In this document: in pieces, positions 11,390 to 23,896 of the stretch
How the letters are laid out: each line of letters starts with the position of its first letter
How positions within the stretch are numbered: position 1 is the first letter of the stretch
NCBI RefSeq assembly: GCF_001194135.2
Contig: NC_068982.1
Span: 109,391,179 to 109,449,639, forward strand
Length of the DNA stretch: 58,461 nucleotides
Direction of reading: 5' to 3'
From: Octopus bimaculoides
Lineage: Eukaryota
Notes under the pieces: generated by a model
Database searches by the model: none
Seen by the model: only the letters and a program-made list of their open reading frames with translations
Told to the model about the DNA's origin: nothing
Translations under genes and position numbers: made by a program

Positions 11390-12562
11390 GCAACCAGTTA
11401 GCTTCCTGTAACTCCCTTCTACTGTTCATTTTAGTTTTCTTTTGGTGTATGAGGATGGTCTCAGAGATTCTAAGGTTGCCCCTGTTCCGTTGTGTTGCAT
11501 TGATGTGCACTGTGAATTCCCGGGTCTGGCATTTCCGTAGATGTTTCTTCTTTATGCATAAATAAATATAAACATATATATATGTATATACATTTTATGT
11601 AAATGGACACAAACACATAACACGTGAAAATATTTTATGCGTATGTAAAATATTGTGTGCATTCGTGTGTGTATATATATGTTGTTTCATGTTGTGTGTA
11701 TGTGTATGTTTCTTTGTGAGAGTACATTTGTGCATCTTATTTTCTGTGCGTGTGTGTGATGCAATCAACATGCAAGTTTAACCTCAAATGCATGATTTTT
11801 CTCTCTGAAATTTCCACCTTCATTCTTTCTTATAAATCTCTACAAATATGAACACGTTGCCATCTGCTCCAACCCTATCATCTCTACCCCTCCCAAAATA
11901 AACTTACACGTGCAAGTATGCTTCTATGGATGCGTAATTTTCAGCAAAACCCTCTTAACATTGATTTCATATCGATTTTTTATATACTTCGTTTTGTTGC
12001 ACACTTATCAATATGTTGCCGGATTTCTGTGATAGTCAAGACAAAAATTCTGTTCACATAAATGTCTCCTCGCTACATACATACATACATACATACATAC
12101 ATACATACATACATACATACATAAATACATACATACATACACACACATACACATACATTTCTAGAACATGCGGATGTATGTATTTATGCATATATTTATG
12201 TATGTTAGTATTTATGAATGCATGTATCTAAGGAAGTTTGATTTACTAACCAGAAACGTAAAATATAAACCGAATATCTATAATTTTGCTATTAATCTTA
12301 ATTGATATTAGATCAGTTACTCAAGGATTTAGATTTTGCGTAAAACTTCTTACTAAGCTAAAGTTTGATAAATATCTTGGCCCAACAGTTTAGGCTTTCG
12401 AGTATCTCCCATACTCAGCTACTGAAGGTATGTGCTTATTGTGTATACAGTAATGTATGTAAACGGCAGTGTCCCAGTATGGCCGCAGCTCTGGAGCTGA
12501 AACTAGTAAAAGAGTTAAAGAATAAGAGAATACCTTTATGTAGACAGACAGACAGACAGACA

Positions 12563-12610
<48 letters not shown>

Positions 12611-13126
12611 GTGTGAATTTCCGTTAATGTGCGTTCAAGTAGTTCGCTCAGCATAATCATTGAATTCTCGTGTAAGTGGTTGAGTATTCCGTAGATATTT
12701 GCAAGCTTAAGCTAATCATCATACAGCATTATCGGGACTCTGAATGGAAATTCGAATTACAGGTATAATCCATCTGATGTGTTCCTGCAGTTTACGTCTA
12801 TCCGTTCTCACTCACAAGGTATGAGTCGACGCAGCGAAATCGAATTTCGAATTTCTCATGATTATGAAGCGAATTTCTGTCATTTGGTCATACTGCACCT
12901 AATACACGCATAGACACGCAGATACACTCACTCTCTCACGCGCACACACACACACATACACACACACACATACACACACACACATACACTCACACACACG
13001 CACACAGACACACACAAACACACATATATATTAAAAATGCAAAGATAAAGAAAATTACTTCAGAACTTTATCAAAGATATGACAATATGATACCGGTTTC
13101 AACCATTTGCAAAGACGATATAGTCA

Positions 13127-13550
13127 TCTATAATAATAATAAACGCGAAATTCTGTCTGTCCGTCCGGAACCCCTGTATCTCAGTCTATATTTGCTCTAC
13201 ATAGACACATTATACCTTTTTTGGAGTCAAGATGATCCCGGGATTAAAAATCTGCCCTTCATTTGATTTTTGAACTTCCAGCAGTGGGATCAGGTCTGGA
13301 TAAGAATTTGTTATATGCTAACATTTGAAAATTCAAATTTCAAAAGTACTCCAAATTTTTTGCGAACTTATAGGTTTTTCCTTTGAACTTAATTTAAAGT
13401 AATACCATATTGATAGTCTAATGCCATATTGGTAAGATACCAATAAATGCTTTATTATTATTGCTCTTTTTTAGTTTTGAGCTACAAGCCCAATTAGCCC
13501 TCTGCAGGAGCCAGTATAAAAGTCCGTGCGGAGTGCGGCTTTTAAGCTAG
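13127..13550 (+). mobile_element. Non-autonomous Helitron (424 bp)
   Basis: A|TC 5' end (TCTATAATAATAAT...CTGTCTGTCCGTC), subterminal hairpin CCGTGC-GGA-GTGCGG, and 3' end CTAG|T. It sits in an AT site with no TSD. Confidence 0.85.
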
Positions 13551-13747
13551 TGCTGAATAAATAGAAAGAATAATTAAAATAATAAAACTTAATAAGTCTT
13601 TCATGATATCAGCTCTAGAAGTTCATATGTTTTTCTGACAAAAATTGCTCGCATGGTGCTGCAGGTTCTATTCTTTCTGATTTTTGTTGGGTCAACTCAG
13701 TTTTCAACGACGGTAGGATCTAATTTCAGAAAGTTTGGTTGCTAGAA

Positions 13748-14166
13748 CTTGTAAGTCGTGAAACTGTATATTAGCTGGTTCTCAAACTTGACTTGGAAGA
13801 AATTGCTCGCTTTGGTATATACATATATATTCACACACATACACACACGTGCGCGCACACACATGCATATATATATATATATATATATATANNNNNNNNN
13901 NNNNNNNNNNNNNNNNNNNNNNNNNNNNNNNNNNNNNNNNNNNNNNNNNNNNNNNNNNNNNNNNNNNNNNNNNNNNNNNNNNNNNNNNNNNNNNNNNNNN
14001 NNNNNNNNNNNNNNNNNNNNNNNNNNNNNNNNNNNNNNNNNNNNNNNNNNNNNNNNNNNNNNNNNNNNNNNNNNNNNNNNNNNNNCTTGTAAGTCGTGAA
14101 ACTGTATATTAGCTGGTTCTCAAACTTGACTTGGAAGAAATTGCTCGCTTTGGTATATACATATAT
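13748..14166. repeat. 81-bp exact direct repeat on both sides of an N gap (13748-13828 and 14086-14166)
   Basis: Identical sequence cttgtaagtcgtgaaac...ggtatatacatatat; probably an assembly or haplotype artefact. Confidence 0.85.
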
Positions 14167-14702
14167 GCAAAGATAGATCTAGATGAAGAGAGAGAAAGAA
14201 AGTGAGAGAGAATGAATTAAAGAAAATGATAATACTGATATTATAGAAAGTAAACAACGATGTTGTTTCAGTGTGGATTGGAATGCTGAGAATACTAATT
14301 TTGATTCTATTAAATTTCATACAGTTGCCGCTGCTGATTAGGATGATGCTGATGGATGAATATGCATACGTAAGGCGCTAGTGCATCGATAATGGTAGTA
14401 TGTAGCCTGAAACAAGTTGTATGTTGTATAACATCGTCCGGGTGGTAAATGAATTCTTGCTGTAAAATGTTGTTCCTTTGCCAAACAATTTAAAGATGTT
14501 AAAACTCGCCGAAGTATTTTCTTCGTCTATACTTGTTTATAAATCTAGATTTTGCCTCATCTAAAGAGATGCAGTGAATATATTTTATTCTCCAAGCAGT
14601 GTTCATGGAATGACTGATACTTTAAAATGATTAATAACCGTGGTGTATATCCATGCTCATACATGCACATACATATACATACAAGCACATACACACGTGC
14701 GT

Positions 14703-14749
<47 letters not shown>

Positions 14750-14759
14750 NNNNNNNNNN

Positions 14760-14794
<35 letters not shown>

Positions 14795-15705
14795 ATATAC
14801 ATATATATGCATACATACATATATATATACTATATATATATAGTATACATAGATAGATATAGATATAGATATAGATAGATAAATAGATATATATACATAT
14901 ATAAATATATAGGAATGAATTCAAATGATTCAGATTGGTAGTGAGGCACTGGAAGCATTCTATAAAAATAACTCTTTATTTTGCCCTTTCTTTGAGACTC
15001 AAACACACGCGGCTAATTTTTAGCCTTCTTCTCTAACAAAAGTGTAAACTTCGTTTAGTGTCTTTTATGTATGTCGGGTTATGATCAGTAATTCAAAGGT
15101 TCACATTGTAAAGCTGATTTCTCCTAATTATGCTTAGGGTACACCTACCTATGGGATATTCATCCTCTTACACACTAAATCAATGTTTTTAGTAGTTCAG
15201 GGAGTTGATCGTACAACTGTAACTCATAGCTGTCAAATTCTGACTGAGATCTAATGTATTATAAATTAACATAATTAATAATTAGCTTATATTTAATTGG
15301 ATCTAGATGAAGGTTTTAGTTTATCATTAACCTCGGTACATGAGAAATATATTGGTTAACTGGATATATTTGATTAGGTATTAGGTAGTAACTACGTTAT
15401 GGTAGATTTGTGGCACGCACACACACGTATTTGTATAGGTGTGTGTACACCCAAGTACATACTCGCATATGGCTGTATAAATGTGCGTACGTGCGTGCCT
15501 GTACGTGTGTATATAGTTTATTTTTATAGATGTATAGTCACATAGACGCGGACACATGTATAGTTCAAGAAGAAAGCGTTAATTTCCCCCAAGGTCACCA
15601 AAACCAACATCAAAACATTTACATTAGGAAACAAATTATTCGAACAGAAGGAAGCCTTCACGCACCTGTGCAGTGGAGATAGAAGCACTCATCTATGATC
15701 GAGAC

Positions 15706-15743
<38 letters not shown>

Positions 15744-16222
15744 CACGCACACACACAGTTATGCCATACTTGATGTAGTGAGCAAACAAATTTCAATTAA
15801 TCACAATCACTCCTACTGTGAAGAGCAAAAAAACATTAACTCTAGGCCGATTGAGGTGACAAATTCCCAAATCTTAATCAAAATTGAAATTATGTATATA
15901 GTGAGGATAAGAGATATTAGGTGAGGCGCTAATATTAATTATTCGATCTTTGACAGATGCAGTGAGAACAGAAAACGTTTTCCTTGTATCAATGCTCTTC
16001 AGAAAAGCGTAGTTCCCCCACCCGCTAGTTGCCAGACTAGAGATAAAGGATTGACTACGTAAGTGCACAGTAATGTACAGCATATGTAATAACGATATTG
16101 TAATGGCAGTGGAAAGTTACCCAGGGTCATCTATATGCGTATATATATATATATATACACATATACGCACACATGTATACATATATATACATGAACACAT
16201 ATGCGCATACTCACACACACAC

Positions 16223-16261
<39 letters not shown>

Positions 16262-17400
16262 TACATCACTAGATTTTCAGCCTCCTTGCTCCAAACCCGT
16301 GCCGGGACAATCATTTTGCTGGATTAAAAGAGGTCACGTAATAGTAATCCTGGATAAGTTCCGAGAAGACTGTTCTCGACTTAGTAGCTTTTTCGCTATT
16401 AAATCTTTACGACATTCCTTTCTTTATTCAGTAAAAGCATGTTATCAAGTGGAAAACATTCTTGAGACACAAGTGTAAGATGAAGGCGTAAATATTTAAG
16501 ACAAAATTGAAAGCCACGCCCTAATCTCCAAACTGATTCCCCCCCGCACGCCACCACCGGACTCTCTCTGCGAAGAGCATATATTTACCTTTTTCGCTTC
16601 CATACTGGAACGCTATGTTATCTATTAGCTTCCTTTTAAAAGAAAGTGTCCATTGGGGGTTAGAACGTGGTGTTAGATTTAATTTTAAACATTTTATATT
16701 ATTATTATTAGGTATCGAGAGAGTGTCTCTGCTTTTATGATGTATTACTAGTGACTTAAGAAATTTATACCGTGAAGTCTTGGGAGTGAAAAACTTATTA
16801 TTAATGGTCGCAGGAAATTAGTGTTCGCATCTCAAATAATTATATCCGTATTAAAAAAGGTAGTGGAACACATTTGTTAGTATATACACACACAAACATA
16901 CACATATAGCCAAATGTATATGTTCTATTTAGTACACGACGGTATCATGTTTTATTTTTTGTTTTAAACTTTCCGTATTTTCTTAACTTTTCACACAAAC
17001 AAACACACAGACACATGCGCTGAAGCGTTCGGGCATCCGTCCAGTTCTCCCAACCTCCACAAAAATCTACACATATAACACCGTTGAGCACATTCCAACC
17101 TCAGATGAATACCAGTCCCCAACCTCTACATGTATTTTCAGAGAACTCTTGTAAACCTACATCTCAGAGACATGGTCAGTTCGTTTTGTCTTTCTTCACA
17201 GCACCCACAAACTGGATGTGGATTTTCACATCCATAACAAAGAATAGTCGCCATATAGTTTTCATTCCTGCTAACTGTAACGAGCATGTGGATTTACGTA
17301 ACCGTGCTGTTATCTAACATTCGGTTAAATACTCTGTGAAAAATCAACTAGTAAGATCGGACGTAATCGTTTGATAATACTGTACACTTTGGTTAATATA

Positions 17401-18648
17401 CGAGAAGTATTAAAGACTTCCCCCTGACCTACTTCCATTTATTGTAGGAAACAGAACTTGTACAGGTATAGTCATACATGTCTCTATATGTCACATTATA
17501 AATTGCAACTTTCCACTAGTATTCGTTTGTCCTTTACGGCTGCTGAAGTGGACAAAAGTGTTATAATGGAGGAAGTTGAATGCAGATCAGTGTTCAACTC
17601 TTATGCTTGAAAGGTTGTACACCAAAAGAGACTTTCGATGAGATGAAAAAAGTTTATGGTGACGATGCACCATCATAAACGTAGTCAAGCACTGGCATTG
17701 CCAGTTCAAATGAGGCCGGACATCGAAGGAAACTGCTCCTATTCCTGGACGACCACATTCCGTCATTGATGACGACACCACCATTAAATAAAAGCGCCAT
17801 TTTGGAGGATCGCCGTATAACTGTTCGAGAACTAGCCCAAGAAGTGAAGGTAAGTGTAGGGTCTGTGGAAAAAATCCTTCACGACCATTTGCACATGCGG
17901 ATGCTCACACCTTTTCAGAAGCAGGAACGAGTCAATTGCTCCTAGGCTCTTTTGGCAATATGCCAAGAAAATAAGGAAGATTCTTTTGGTAGACTTATCG
18001 CACAGGATGAGACTGTGATCCTGAGACTAAAGCTTAGTCGAAGCAATGGAAGCATGGTAACTCATCACTTCCAAAGAAGGTTCGCGTCCAACCCTTAACA
18101 AGTAAAGTGATGTTTAAAGTCTTTTGGGACCAGCACGGAGTATTGATGATGGATTTTCTGGTAAAGGGCACTACAATTAACGGGGCATATTATGCATTTC
18201 TGCTGCAGAAGTTGCGGGACACCATCAAAGCAGAGAAGCGTGGCATACTGACCAAAGGAGTCAGCCTCCTCCAAGACAACGCCCCAGTTCACAAGGCGCA
18301 GGTTGCTCAGATAAAAACACACTCCTGCGGCTAGGAAATCCTTCCTTATCTCCCTTACACTCCCGACCTTGCACCATCTGACTTCCACTTCTTTCCAACT
18401 ACGAAGTCTTTTTTTAAGGGAAAGCACTTTTCGGATGACAATGAACTTATTCCCGAAGTAAAATCTTGACTCCAGACGCAACTTAATGACTTCTACAGAA
18501 AGAAGTCTTCACAGCTGTATAAAACAATGAGAGAAGTATGTCATCATTGGCGGTGGTTACGTAGAGAAGGACTAATAATTACGCCAAGTTTCATTTATCC
18601 CTGTCGTTGGGAAGTGGGCCAGGGGAAATATTTAATGAACACTCCTCA
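17401..18648 (+). mobile_element. Full-length but decayed mariner (DD34D) with both TIRs and TA TSD
   Basis: TA|CGAGAAGTATTAAAGACTTCCCCCTGACCTACTTCC ... GGAAGTGGGCCAGGGGAAATATTTAATGAACACTCCTCA|TA. Catalytic motifs QDET, QDNAP and YTPDLAPSD are present, along with multiple stops and frameshifts. Confidence 0.94.
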
Positions 18649-20031
18649 TATGTGTGTGTGTGCGTGTATATATCCTTATGTACATATGAATATATATGCA
18701 TGTGTAACAAATACATGTTTTTCTCCATTATTTGTATATTTATATTTATATTTCATTATCACTCTGAAAACGTGGGCGACACATTCATATACATACATAC
18801 ATACATACATACATACATACATGTGTACATACATACATACATGTACATACATACATGCCCACATACATACGTACATATACATACATACATACATACGTAC
18901 GTACGTACGTACGTACATATATATANNNNNNNNNNNNNNNNNNNNNNNNNNNNNNNNNNNNNNNNNNNNNNNNNNNNNNNNNNNNNNNNNNNNNNNNNNN
19001 NNNNNNNNNNNNNNNNNNNNNNNNNNNNNNNNNNNNNNNNNNNNNNNNNNNNNNNNNNNNNNNNNNNNNNNNNNNNNNNNNNNNNNNNNNNNNNNNNNNN
19101 NNNNNNNNNNNNNNNNNNNNNNNNNNNNNNNNNNNNNNNNNNNNNNNNNNNNNNNNNNNNNNNNNNNNNNNNNNNNNNNNNNNNNNNNNNNNNNNNNNNN
19201 NNNNNNNNNNNNNNNNNNNNNNNNNNNNNNNNNNNNNNNNNNNNNNNNNNNNNNNNNNNNNNNNNNNNNNNNNNNNNNNNNNNNNNNNNNNNNNNNNNNN
19301 NNNNNNNNNNNNNNNNNNNNNNNNNNNNNNNNNNNNNNNNNNNNNNNNNNNNNNNNNNNNNNNNNNNNNNNNNNNNNNNNNCACACACACACACACACAC
19401 ACACAGTCCTTCTCTCCGGACTTTTTCCTCTTGCCTCTTTCTAAACGTCACGCCCCATCTTACTTCCATCTTAAAACTTCCATCTTAAACCTTCTCTAGG
19501 CGTCAGTCTAATACATTCTCTACGTATGTTCCTTTGTTTTTCCTGTTTTGTTTTTATTTTTGATTTACATATATATGTTTGTATGTGCTAAAATATTTAT
19601 GTACGCATGTGTATGCGTTCGTATATCTGAGTGTACCTGGCCATGACATTACACGTGTGTATGGAGATATATGTTGTTTGTGACCTAAAGTTCCTCTTAA
19701 CATATGTACACGAACATATAAAAGAGTGCTGGGTTTAGTTTTGAATTTTGCTTTATTTTCGTTAACCTACTCTTCTTATATTCTTTGTTGTTGTTTCTGA
19801 TAGAATAAAGATTTGTGTCAAGATATCTCGTACTCTGTTAAAGAGCATGTCTCTGCCAAAACTATCAGATGTCTCTTGTAACATTCCATCGAGGTCTTTG
19901 GAATCAGATTTTCTAAGCTCACGGCTGCAGTGAATCATCGTCTCAATAAAAAGCAACGGTACGAATACTTGTCTCAATTCTTTAGAAAATTGCATTTCTC
20001 TCCTTGCTTCTTTCTCTATGTGTAACATGTG

Positions 20032-20032
<1 letters not shown>

Positions 20033-20098
<66 letters not shown>

Positions 20099-20100
20099 TC
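20033..20100. repeat. (TTTC)n microsatellite
   Basis: Directly visible. Confidence 0.97.
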
Positions 20101-20476
20101 AATGTCGGGCTATTTATATAAGGTGCCTCGAAAACATCGAAGACTATTTTGATTTTGTATTACTCTGCAAACTATTAAGAAATGGTCTATTTATATATTT
20201 ATCCTTTTATTCTTTGGCGGACAGGATAAATTCCATAAATGTTTTCTGAAGGCGTTTTATCTTTGTTAGGTTAATAGCAATATTGAGCTAGGAAGATTTC
20301 GAAGTTTTAAGCTATGGATCACGAAATGCTGTAAAGATGGGTGAAATCATAATAAAGTATTGTCGTTGGTGTTGATACTGTCAATGGTTCAAATACTGAA
20401 GGATTATCTATTCCTCGGGGCCACCTATAAATTTTCATTTTTCTTTTTCAAGTCATCGTTGTTAATGTTGATATTG

Positions 20477-20554
20477 CTTCTTCTTCTTCTTCTTCTTCTT
20501 CTTCTTCTTCTTCTTCTTCTTCTTCTTCTTCTTCTTCTTCTTCTTCTTCTTCTT

Positions 20555-20584
<30 letters not shown>
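20477..20584. repeat. Pure (CTT)n trinucleotide run (~36 units)
   Basis: Directly visible; it gives the spurious poly-Leu ORF. Confidence 0.97.
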
Positions 20585-20586
<2 letters not shown>

Positions 20587-20653
20587 GATTCAAACAACCT
20601 TACACTTGGTTAGTTGGTTTGTATGTCAGCTGGATTCACATACAAAACTGCAA

Positions 20654-20798
20654 TGCCCAGTGGTTTTATCTAACCTGTCTTCTCTTAAGGATAATGGAAT
20701 ATTTAACGGACAACAGAAAATGTTTAGCTGGCCTTCAGTTCTGTGTAAATGCCTATCAAAATAATCCCGGATATTCAAGAGAAACAAAACACTGGGCA
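20654..20798. mobile_element. Decayed foldback/MITE-like element
   Basis: tgcccagtggtttt / aaaacactgggca termini, plus inner partial inverted repeats (ttctctt/aagagaa, ggataat/ataatcc). Confidence 0.45.
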
Positions 20799-20847
20799 GC
20801 GACATGGCTGTGTAGTTAAAAAATATACATGTACACACACACGCACG

Positions 20848-20884
<37 letters not shown>

Positions 20885-21493
20885 GCATTCTTATGTTATG
20901 CCTGCTATGAATTATATGTATAAATGTGTGTGCGTTCTGGTGCATAATAAGTACGTTATGTAAATAAGTGCTTGTTCAGCCTTCGTGAGAAGCCAACTCC
21001 CTTTCATGAAATAAATTTCTTGCATGAAAAATCATTCTAATCTGCCTGATTAAAATCTATGCGATTTCATATATTAGAGCAGACGAAGAGAAATTATGTA
21101 ACTACATACTTGAACATAATAGGACTGTTCGTACCAAACGCTTTCACTGAATTCTATATGATTCGTACATACATATATACTGAAATACATCGAGATTATC
21201 CATATTGCGGTACGTAGTAGGTAGTGAATTTTAGAGGAGTATTTCATATGAAAAGAGAGATTATTTTACTTTATATAAGAATGAGTGCCCTATACTAAAC
21301 TCGGTTGCAGGTTTTCAGAAGGCCTCATTCAGTGGGGGTTTTTTTTATACCAAATTTTTTTAGAAGTTTCAGTGACGTCGTATGATTGCTCAAGTTTTCG
21401 GTTTATCATCCCGCATTTTTATTAGCCCGAGATATGCATCAGTGAAGGATAAGAAGGATATATTTATGTGTGTGTGTGAATGTGTGTGTGTGT

Positions 21494-21548
<55 letters not shown>

Positions 21549-21689
21549 CGTGCATAACCGGGAAGAAGATGACTAGAGATCTGTTCTGACGAGTAGACAG
21601 GTGAAAACAAATCCTGAATATAAGAAATGTATGTCTGCAACATTCTAGTATCTATTTGCACACATACATGTGCGCATGTAAAAATATAA

Positions 21690-21723
<34 letters not shown>

Positions 21724-22639
21724 ATTTTATATATATGAGAGAGAGAGAATGTAGTCCGAATATCAGGACAAAAACAAAGTACTCTTTTCACGCCCTCATC
21801 AAAGGGAACATATAATATGGGCACCCTTCCTGCTAACTGACATGCCTAGCAAAACAACCTCCGTTTTCTTTCACTTTCGATGAAGCACTGCTACTAATAA
21901 AGTTCACTACGTGATAGAAGAATCTCACAATTATTGATAGAAGCTAAAAATAAGAATTGGGCCGCAGCCAAAATACAATCGACCTGAAAGTGTTTTCTTA
22001 GAGTTCAAGTAACAACATGCTTTGTTATTGACATATGATGCATAAGAATATTTTGAAATATGAAAATAAAAAAAAAATTCTATTCCATGTATATTACTTA
22101 ATTCCTCTGTTGTCGACCATAATATAGATATTAATTAGAATCAACAGATTTAAAGCACTAATTCTTTATTACACAAAAATAATCCCTTTTTAAGGCGATT
22201 AACCCATGGAAATCTATTACAAAGTTAAAGAAACGTTCAGGCATCACTGAGTAATTTGCTGTTATATAATGTTTCAATTATATTCATCTGCTGACGGTTG
22301 ACCATCTTAACAAATCTAATATAAATACCAAGCGATGATACTAATCAATATATACTTATGTACATAACACAAAGCTATTTATGTGTGTTGCATGTGTATT
22401 TAGTGTGAATCTATGTATATCGTGAAGACATTTCGAGCTTCGTTGAAGGGAATACAGCCACTGTTTCAGAGGAGCTCAGTTGAAATACAATTTTCATGAG
22501 GAGCTTTGACATTGTTTGTAGGAAATTTTTACTAAATGTGACTATATTATTCTAATCCACTCCATCATGTTTGACGGTTTCTTCAGATATACCTAGACGT
22601 TTTCTCCAGCGTCCTAAAATGGCTATCTGTTAGTAGCAA

Positions 22640-23134
22640 GCCTGTCAATAATTTTAGAGGAGCATGTTTAGACTACTGCTTCCTACTATGGCCATAGCAC
22701 AGTGTAAAATTAACAGCGGAACTTGAAGCAATCCTGCGAAAATACACAAAGAAGATTGTCTCAATAGGATATGTCAGCTACTTGGAGAGGCAGAAAAGTT
22801 ATCACTCTACACCCCAGAACAAAGACGGGAAAGATACGTAGTGTTATACATCTAGAAAATTCCGGGAAAGAGTTGCATCAAATTTTAGCACCAAATGTTG
22901 CGCAAACAGCAGAAAGGGGTGCCACTGCATAGAGCCAAAGATCTCAACATTACTATCAGGATACAGGACCAGATACTGCAACAGCTTGAGTTTCAATGGC
23001 CTACAACTCTTCAATATCCCCCACCAAAGCATGAGGCACCTATATGGGGTGGATCAAGATGTCTTCAAAATTGAGTTGGATCGCCCCCTGTCAAGAGTGC
23101 GGGATGAACCTGCCCCACGGGAGGAGACGCAATC
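22640..23134 (+). mobile_element. CR1-clade LINE ORF2 C-terminal fragment (decayed)
   Basis: DYCFLLWP...SYLERQK...EQRRERYVVLYI...LQLFNI...FKIELDRPLSRVRDEP matches the CR1 C-terminal pattern. Confidence 0.8.
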
Positions 23135-23400
23135 NNNNNNNNNNNNNNNNNNNNNNNNNNNNNNNNNNNNNNNNNNNNNNNNNNNNNNNNNNNNNNNNNN
23201 NNNNNNNNNNNNNNNNNNNNNNNNNNNNNNNNNNNNNNNNNNNNNNNNNNNNNNNNNNNNNNNNNNNNNNNNNNNNNNNNNNNNNNNNNNNNNNNNNNNN
23301 NNNNNNNNNNNNNNNNNNNNNNNNNNNNNNNNNNNNNNNNNNNNNNNNNNNNNNNNNNNNNNNNNNNNNNNNNNNNNNNNNNNNNNNNNNNNNNNNNNNN

Positions 23401-23439
<39 letters not shown>

Positions 23440-23534
23440 CATATATATACACATACACCAATATTGTGAATATATCATATAAATATATACAATGTACTAT
23501 CATATAATAAAATATGATAGATATATATTAAATT

Positions 23535-23656
23535 ACTGGTGTGTTAACAATATTCTGTTTCATTGCTATGAACTACTGTAGAACATATCTAAATGTTTTT
23601 ATAGATATGTTCTATAATACGTTATAGCAATGAAACGAACAAGTTAACACAATAGT
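23535..23656. repeat. Foldback element with a 35-bp core stem (23557-23636) and 10-nt loop
   Basis: 32 of 35 positions pair on the plus strand (2 G-U, 3 mismatches, no bulges); outer inverted repeat tgtgttaac/gttaacaca. Confidence 0.85.
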
Positions 23657-23789
23657 GCCTAGTTACCCAGTTTATATCAACCCTTAATATTAGTCGCTTT
23701 GTAAGCTATTGGCCCGTGGATACGTGGGAAGGGTACACAGTTGCTGATGATGATTTTAACAAGAATATAAATATGTATCAAGCTGTTCC

Positions 23790-23885
23790 CTCACTTCTTC
23801 TATCCACAGACATATTGTATAAGCGAATTGTTTACAATCGTCTTAACACATTACTGGATAAAAACAACCTATCGGATTATTTTAC
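23790..23885 (+). mobile_element. Short LINE reverse-transcriptase remnant
   Basis: ILYKRIVYNRLNTLLDKNNLSD resembles the RT KI.EKIVYNRL..FL.KNN segment; it is cut off next to the Tc1 TIR. Confidence 0.45.
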
Positions 23886-23896
23886 TTTACGGTATA

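Noticed and set aside
12835-12880. Repeated GAA/TTC as a heat-shock element
   Set aside because: The spacing does not fit nGAAnnTTCn periodicity.
14934-14968. ATTGG plus TATAAAAA as a plus-strand promoter
   Set aside because: The spacing is atypical, several TATAAAAA are expected by chance at this AT content, and no strong first donor follows.
22425-22450. gctcgaaatgtc (minus) resembling the 3' half of the hammerhead-like repeat
   Set aside because: There is no CUGNNGA core or helix II partner.
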